The position numbers were made by a program, and so were the translations under genes. Below the pieces are notes generated by a model. It was not told where the DNA came from and searched no databases. It saw nothing but the letters and a program-made list of their open reading frames with translations. DNA of 64,000 bases from Sphingomonadales bacterium (GTDB taxonomy: Bacteria > Pseudomonadota > Alphaproteobacteria > Sphingomonadales > Sphingomonadaceae), in contig JBBQDG010000008.1 in NCBI GenBank assembly GCA_038319435.1, forward strand, positions 11,319-75,318, read 5' to 3'. Positions 58,980-64,000 of the stretch are shown here, in pieces (the stretch's first letter is position 1; each line of letters begins with the position of its first letter).

Positions 58980-61332
58980 CAAGCTTCTCGGCTGCAGCGA
59001 CGATCCTCGCCGACACATCGGCGATCTCGGCATCGGTAAAACTCTTCTCGCCCGGCTGGAGGGTGACTTCCACGGCCAGGCTCAACCCCGCCTCGCTCTC
59101 GAACCGGTCGAACAGCCGCGCGTCGACGATCAATTTTTTGTCCGCCCCCCGCACTGCCCGGACCAGCGAGTCGGCGGTGACGCTCTCCGGAACGATGAAG
59201 GCGAAATCGCGAGTCACCGCCTGCAGCGCCGGGGGCGTGAAGGCGGGACGTGCCCGACCGACCGAGCGCGGCGCGGGGATGGCGTCGAGGTAGATTTCGG
59301 CGGCGACCGTCCCGGCGGGGGCGTCGATCTCCTTCGCCAGCCGCGGATGAAGCTCTCCGAACGCGGCGAGGATCGTTTTCGGCCCCAAGCCCAGCGTCGC
59401 CGATCGCCCCGGGTGCCAGGTCGACCCCGCATCGGGGGTGAGGGTCAGGTTAGCGGTCGGCGCCCCCGCCGCGTCGAGCAGCGCGATCACTTCCGCTTTG
59501 GCGTCATAGGCATCGAACCCGTTCACCTTGCCCGACTGCCAGCTCCGTTCCGACCGCTCGCCGGCGAGCAGGATCGCGGCGGTCGCCCATTCGCCGTCGG
59601 CAAGATAGCGCCGCCCGATCTCGAAGAGCCGGATTGAAGTAGCCCCCCGGTCAACATTGCGCCGCGCCGCCGCGACTAGCCCCGGCAGTAGCGACGGGCG
59701 CATCGCCTTCATCTCCTCGCTGATCGGATTGGCGAGGGTCCACGCCGCGCCCCCGAACCGCTCGGCATCGGCGGTGGAGATGAAGCTCCAGTTGATCGCT
59801 TCGTCGAGGCCTCGCGCCGCGGCCGCGCGCCGCACCCTCCGTTCGACCATCTGCGCGCGCGTCGCGGTCGGCCTGGCAACCCCCTCGGCGCGGGGTAGCG
59901 GGGTCGAGGGGATGTGGTCGAAGCCGACGATCCGCGTGACTTCCTCGACGAGATCGGCGGGTCCGTCGATGTCGCGCCGCCAGCTCGGGACGACCGCGTC
60001 GGTCCCGTTGAAGCCGAAGCCGAGCCGTCCGAGGATCGACCGCTGCTCGTCTTCGGCAACCTCGATCCCGCCCAGCGCCAGCGTCAGCGCCGGATCGAAC
60101 GCCACGCGCCGCGGCTCGAGCAGCGGCTGGCCCGCGTGCGTGACCGGGCTGGCGGTGCCGCCGCAGTGGTCGACCACCAGCTGCGTGGCGATCGCCAGCC
60201 CCTCGTCGAGAAATGCCGGATCGACCCCCCGTTCGAACCGCTGGCGGGCATCGCTCGTGAGCATAAGCTTCTGGCCCGTCCGCGCGATCCGCGCCGGGTC
60301 GAAATAGGCGCATTCGATGATGATGTCGGTGGTCGCGTCCGACACGCCGCTATGTTCGCCGCCCATGATCCCGGCGATATCGTGAACTTGCGTATCGTCG
60401 GCGATGACCGTCATCGTCGGGTCGAGCGCATAGCTCTTGCCGTTAAGCGCGAGCGCCGTCTCGCCTTCGCGCGCCTTGCGGGCGACCAGCGGTCCCTGAA
60501 GCTTCGCGCGATCATAGACATGGAGCGGCCGGCCGAGATCGATCGAAACGAAATTGGTGATGTCGACCAGTACCGAGATGGGCTTCTGCCCCGCGGCCTT
60601 GAGCTTCTTCTGCATCCACGGCGGCGACGCGGTGTTGGTCAGGCCCGACACGGCCTGCGCGAAGAAGGCCGGGCAGCCTTCGGGATCGTCGGTTCGCACC
60701 GTCGGCGCCTCGCCGCTCGTGGCCAGCGGCTCGCGCCCCTCCATCTTGTACACGGCCGCGAGCGGCCTCAGCGTCCCCAGCCCCGCCGCGGCGAGGTCGC
60801 GCGCAATCCCCCGCACCCCCATGCAATCCTGCCGGTTGGGCGTGACCGCGACATCGAACACCGGGTCGTCGAGCCCGGCATAGTCGGCAAAGCTCGCCCC
60901 GACCGGCGCATCCTCGGCAAGCTCAATGATCCCGTCATGTTCCTCGCCGAGCTCGAGTTCGCGGACCGAGCACATCATGCCGTTCGACTCGACCCCGCGG
61001 ATCGCCGTCTTCTTGAGCACCATGTCGCTCCCCGGCACGTAAGCGCCCGGTCCTCCGAACACTCCGAGCATCCCCGCGCGGGCGTTGGGCGCGCCGCACA
61101 CCACCTGGAGCGGTGTGCCGTCGCCGGTGTCGACGGTGAGTAGCTGCAGCTTGTCAGCCTGCGGATGGGGCGCGGCAGTGAGCACCCTCGCCACCTTGAA
61201 CGGCGCCAGCGCCTCGGCGGGATTGTCGATCCCCTCGACCTCGAGCCCGATGCGGTTGAGCGTGTCGGCGACCGCGCCCGCGTCGGCGGCGGTGTCGAGA
61301 TGCTCCTTCAGCCACGACAGGGAGAATTTCAC
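58960..61332 (-). CDS. pheT: phenylalanine--tRNA ligase beta subunit
   Basis: [45 protein letters not shown]. Confidence 0.97.
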   Translation of the reverse strand: MKFSLSWLKEHLDTAADAGAVADTLNRIGLEVEGIDNPAEALAPFKVARVLTAAPHPQADKLQLLTVDTGDGTPLQVVCGAPNARAGMLGVFGGPGAYVPGSDMVLKKTAIRGVESNGMMCSVRELELGEEHDGIIELAEDAPVGASFADYAGLDDPVFDVAVTPNRQDCMGVRGIARDLAAAGLGTLRPLAAVYKMEGREPLATSGEAPTVRTDDPEGCPAFFAQAVSGLTNTASPPWMQKKLKAAGQKPISVLVDITNFVSIDLGRPLHVYDRAKLQGPLVARKAREGETALALNGKSYALDPTMTVIADDTQVHDIAGIMGGEHSGVSDATTDIIIECAYFDPARIARTGQKLMLTSDARQRFERGVDPAFLDEGLAIATQLVVDHCGGTASPVTHAGQPLLEPRRVAFDPALTLALGGIEVAEDEQRSILGRLGFGFNGTDAVVPSWRRDIDGPADLVEEVTRIVGFDHIPSTPLPRAEGVARPTATRAQMVERRVRRAAAARGLDEAINWSFISTADAERFGGAAWTLANPISEEMKAMRPSLLPGLVAAARRNVDRGATSIRLFEIGRRYLADGEWATAAILLAGERSERSWQSGKVNGFDAYDAKAEVIALLDAAGAPTANLTLTPDAGSTWHPGRSATLGLGPKTILAAFGELHPRLAKEIDAPAGTVAAEIYLDAIPAPRSVGRARPAFTPPALQAVTRDFAFIVPESVTADSLVRAVRGADKKLIVDARLFDRFESEAGLSLAVEVTLQPGEKSFTDAEIADVSARIVAAAEKLGARLRG

Positions 61333-62384
61333 GCGCCCACGCCCCCGCTCAGCGTCGGCACGTCGAGCGCGGAGAAGCCGTAATGCTTCATCCAGCGCAA
61401 ATCGCCGTCGAAGAAAGCGCGCAAATCGCTCATGCCATATTTGAGCATCGCCAGCCGATCGACCCCCGTCCCGAAGGCGAATCCCTGCCACTCATCGGGA
61501 TCTAGCCCGCACGCCGCGATGACCCTGCGGTGGACCATTCCGGAGCCCAAAACTTCCATCCATCCCTCGGACCCGCCGACGACGCGGCGGCCCTTCTCCA
61601 TCGACCAACCGATGTCGATCTCCGCGCCGGGCTCGGTGAACGGGAAGTAGGACGGACGAAGACGGATGACGATGTCGTCGCGTTCGAAAAAGGCTTTCAG
61701 GAACGTCTCCAGGGTCCATTTGAGGTGGCCCATGGTGATGCCCTTGTCGATCACGAGCCCCTCGATCTGGTGGAACATCGGGGTATGGGTCGCGTCGCTG
61801 TCGCTGCGATAGACGCGCCCCGGGGCGATGATCCGGATCGGCGGTTTTTCGCTCATCATCGTGCGAATCTGGACCGGCGAGGTGTGCGTGCGCAGGACCA
61901 TCGGCCGCTCATGCTCACCGGCAAGATAGAAAGTGTCGTGCCTCGCGCGCGCCGGGTGAGTGTCGGGCATGTTGAGCGCGGTGAAATTGTGCCAGTCGTC
62001 CTCGATCTCGGGCCCTTCGGCGACCGCGAACCCCATGTCGGCGAAAATCTCGGTCAGCTCGTCCATCACCTGGCTGACCGGATGCACCGAACCCCGAGGG
62101 GTTACGCGCGAAGGAAGCGACAGGTCGAGCCGCTCAGTTGCCAGCCGCGCGTCAAGCTCGGCCGCCTCGAGCGAGCCCTTCCGCGCCGCGATCGCCGCCG
62201 TCACTCCCTCGCGCAGCGCGTGGATCTTCGGCCCCTCGACCGCGCGCTCCTCGGGGGTCATGCCCCCGAGCGATTTGAGCAGCGCGGTGATCTCCCCCGA
62301 CTTGCCGAGCGCGGCCACGCGCAGCGTCTCGAGCTCGGGCAAGGTCTGGGCTGTGGCGATGCGGTCGGCAAGCGGTTCGGTCAT
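61329..62384 (-). CDS. pheS: phenylalanine--tRNA ligase alpha subunit
   Basis: [46 protein letters not shown]. Confidence 0.98.
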   Translation of the reverse strand: MTEPLADRIATAQTLPELETLRVAALGKSGEITALLKSLGGMTPEERAVEGPKIHALREGVTAAIAARKGSLEAAELDARLATERLDLSLPSRVTPRGSVHPVSQVMDELTEIFADMGFAVAEGPEIEDDWHNFTALNMPDTHPARARHDTFYLAGEHERPMVLRTHTSPVQIRTMMSEKPPIRIIAPGRVYRSDSDATHTPMFHQIEGLVIDKGITMGHLKWTLETFLKAFFERDDIVIRLRPSYFPFTEPGAEIDIGWSMEKGRRVVGGSEGWMEVLGSGMVHRRVIAACGLDPDEWQGFAFGTGVDRLAMLKYGMSDLRAFFDGDLRWMKHYGFSALDVPTLSGGVGA

Positions 62385-62427
62385 GGCCTCGGCCTCTAGC
62401 CGCTGCGCACCGCAAATTGCAAAGCGG

Positions 62428-62494
62428 CTAGAGCCTGATCGTTTGAGGTGGAAGGGCTTCGCGCTTCCGCCAAAAGCGTGAATCAGGCTCTTAA
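62428..62494. repeat. palindromic intergenic element (CIR/MITE-like)
   Basis: CT-AGAGCCTGAT...ATCAGGCTCT-TAA, perfect 10-bp terminal inverted repeats, one GANTC site. Confidence 0.65.
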
Positions 62495-62497
62495 CAT

Positions 62498-63910
62498 CTA
62501 CGCCGGAACGAACGGATAGGGCGAGATCGTCTTGCGATTCTCGTCGACCGCCAGCGGCCGCCCCGCCGGCGCGGTTGCGCGCTGCGGGCAGTTCATCCGC
62601 GGGCAGATCGCACACGCCGGCCCGACCGCGGTGATCGGCGGGTTGGCAAGGTCGATCCCTGCGGCGCAGTGCAGCTTCCCGGCATAGCGAAGTTCGCACC
62701 CGAGCCCGACCGCGAGCAGCCCATCGGACTGGACGTCGGGCCGGATCGGCCGCTCGATCGTCCGCGAAATGGTGAAAAAGCGCTGCCCGTCGGGGGTCTC
62801 GATGACCTGGCTGATCGCTTTGCCCGCATTCTGGAACGCGGCATGCAGATTCCACCGCGGGCAGGTCCCGCCGAAGCGCGAGAAGGGGAAACTGCTCCCG
62901 GCATAGCGCTTCGAAATATTGCCCGCTGCGTCGACCCGGATCATAAAGAACGGCACGCCGCGCGCGCTGTCGCGGCTGAGCGTGGTCAGCCGGTGCGACA
63001 CCTGCTCGACGTTCGCGCCATATTCGCCGCACAGCCGGTCGATCGAATAATCATACTCGTCGGCTGAGGCGAGGAAGCGGCCGTAGGGCATGATGATCGC
63101 GCCGGCGGCATAGTTGGCCAGGCTGACATGGAGCAAATGGCGCGAGCCTTGGTCGGGCGGCGCGGCGGCGGCGACGATGCGTTGGATGACGTCACGAAAT
63201 TCGACCATCGCCAGCTGGTAGGCGAGACCGAAGGTGCGGTTCTCGCTCCTTAGCAGCGACGACAGCAGGAACACGCGCCGCTCGGGATCATAATATTGCG
63301 TCGTCTCGCCAAGCTGCGACGGGTTCACGACGCGCGCCGAAATGCCCCATGCATCCTTCAGCCGCCTCCGCAGTGGCTCCGCGATCGACAGCGCGTCGGC
63401 CATCGCCACCCCCAGCGTCTCGGCACATTCTTCGAGTTCGGGGAAGTGGTTGCTCGATTCCTGGATATAGTCGCGCACCCAGGTCTCGGGGGTGATCAGC
63501 GCGCGTGGGTCCTCGCTATCCCCGCCGTGCGAATGGCGCTGGAGGTCGCGCAATGCGGTGTAAAGCCGCGCCACCCCGTCGGCGACGGTCGGGGCGTTGT
63601 TGGCGAGCTCGACCAGCTCGAATCGCGATACGCCGAGGTCGGCGAACATCGGATCGGTGAATATCTCGGCGAGCTGCTCGACCCCCGCGCCGTCATTGCC
63701 CTCGGCGGCGAAGGTCTTGACGTTGACGTCGAATACTTCGGCCAGCCGCAGCAGGATTCCCGCGGTTACCGGCCGCTGGTTGCGCTCGAGGTGATTGAGG
63801 TACGATGCCGAGATGCCAAGCTGCGTGGCCATCGCGCTTTGCTGGAGCTCGCGCTCGCGGCGGAGGCGCTTCAACCGAGCGCCGAGAAAGAGTTTGCGTT
63901 GGGCAACCAT
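62498..63910 (-). CDS. XRE-family short-chain fatty acyl-CoA regulator (RamB/PrpR/ScfR type)
   Basis: N-terminal [11 protein letters not shown]...[19 protein letters not shown], IrrE-like middle domain, RFGG.CP.W, GPAC.IC.R..C.QR. Confidence 0.92.
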   Translation of the reverse strand: MVAQRKLFLGARLKRLRRERELQQSAMATQLGISASYLNHLERNQRPVTAGILLRLAEVFDVNVKTFAAEGNDGAGVEQLAEIFTDPMFADLGVSRFELVELANNAPTVADGVARLYTALRDLQRHSHGGDSEDPRALITPETWVRDYIQESSNHFPELEECAETLGVAMADALSIAEPLRRRLKDAWGISARVVNPSQLGETTQYYDPERRVFLLSSLLRSENRTFGLAYQLAMVEFRDVIQRIVAAAAPPDQGSRHLLHVSLANYAAGAIIMPYGRFLASADEYDYSIDRLCGEYGANVEQVSHRLTTLSRDSARGVPFFMIRVDAAGNISKRYAGSSFPFSRFGGTCPRWNLHAAFQNAGKAISQVIETPDGQRFFTISRTIERPIRPDVQSDGLLAVGLGCELRYAGKLHCAAGIDLANPPITAVGPACAICPRMNCPQRATAPAGRPLAVDENRKTISPYPFVPA

Positions 63911-64000
63911 GCTGTATCTTGTGAAGGATTTACAGGAATCACAAGTCACTTCGCGGCGGCTTCGCTCTTTTCCGTGCGACCGTGACAAGAAAATGACGTT

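Noticed and set aside
62385-62497. pheM-like attenuator leader peptide
   Set aside because: The only upstream mini-ORF (ATG TTA AGA GCC TGA) has no Phe codons

Overview
A 64-kb chromosomal window from a high-GC alphaproteobacterium. Gene content and order point to Sphingomonadaceae. It spans the probable replication origin: rho-hemJ-hemE | oriC | maf-aroE-coaE-dnaQ, with mnmE-mnmG-rsmG-parA-parB and two parS sites 6-8 kb to the left. Most of the window is housekeeping (rpoZ, spoT, maeB, mutS, glnD, infC, ftsK, lolA, xth, ribA, leuS-lptE-holA, hpf-ptsN, PBP1a, msrB, tRNA-Leu, ftsEX, pheST, an XRE regulator). I found no integrase, transposase, phage gene or CRISPR array. The strongest candidate for an uncharacterised system is at 47.9-53.5 kb: three DUF4402-type pilin-like genes, a PapD-like chaperone and a divergent usher-like protein. 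A CtrA-like TTAA-N7-TTAACC site lies in each intergenic gap upstream of the four smaller genes, which suggests a cell-cycle-regulated, non-canonical chaperone-usher fimbria. Other unusual items: a 92-bp tandem repeat between leuS and lptE that creates a relay of two translationally coupled mini-lipoprotein ORFs; an in-frame 33-bp x3 insert in leuS; several micro-duplications at gene ends; a TonB-dependent receptor with a poly-Pro/Cys-Cys/ERG tail beyond the barrel; an ATA start for infC; a candidate sRNA; and an apparent GC-skew switch of inverted polarity near the origin. All family assignments come from motif recognition by eye; no database searches were run.
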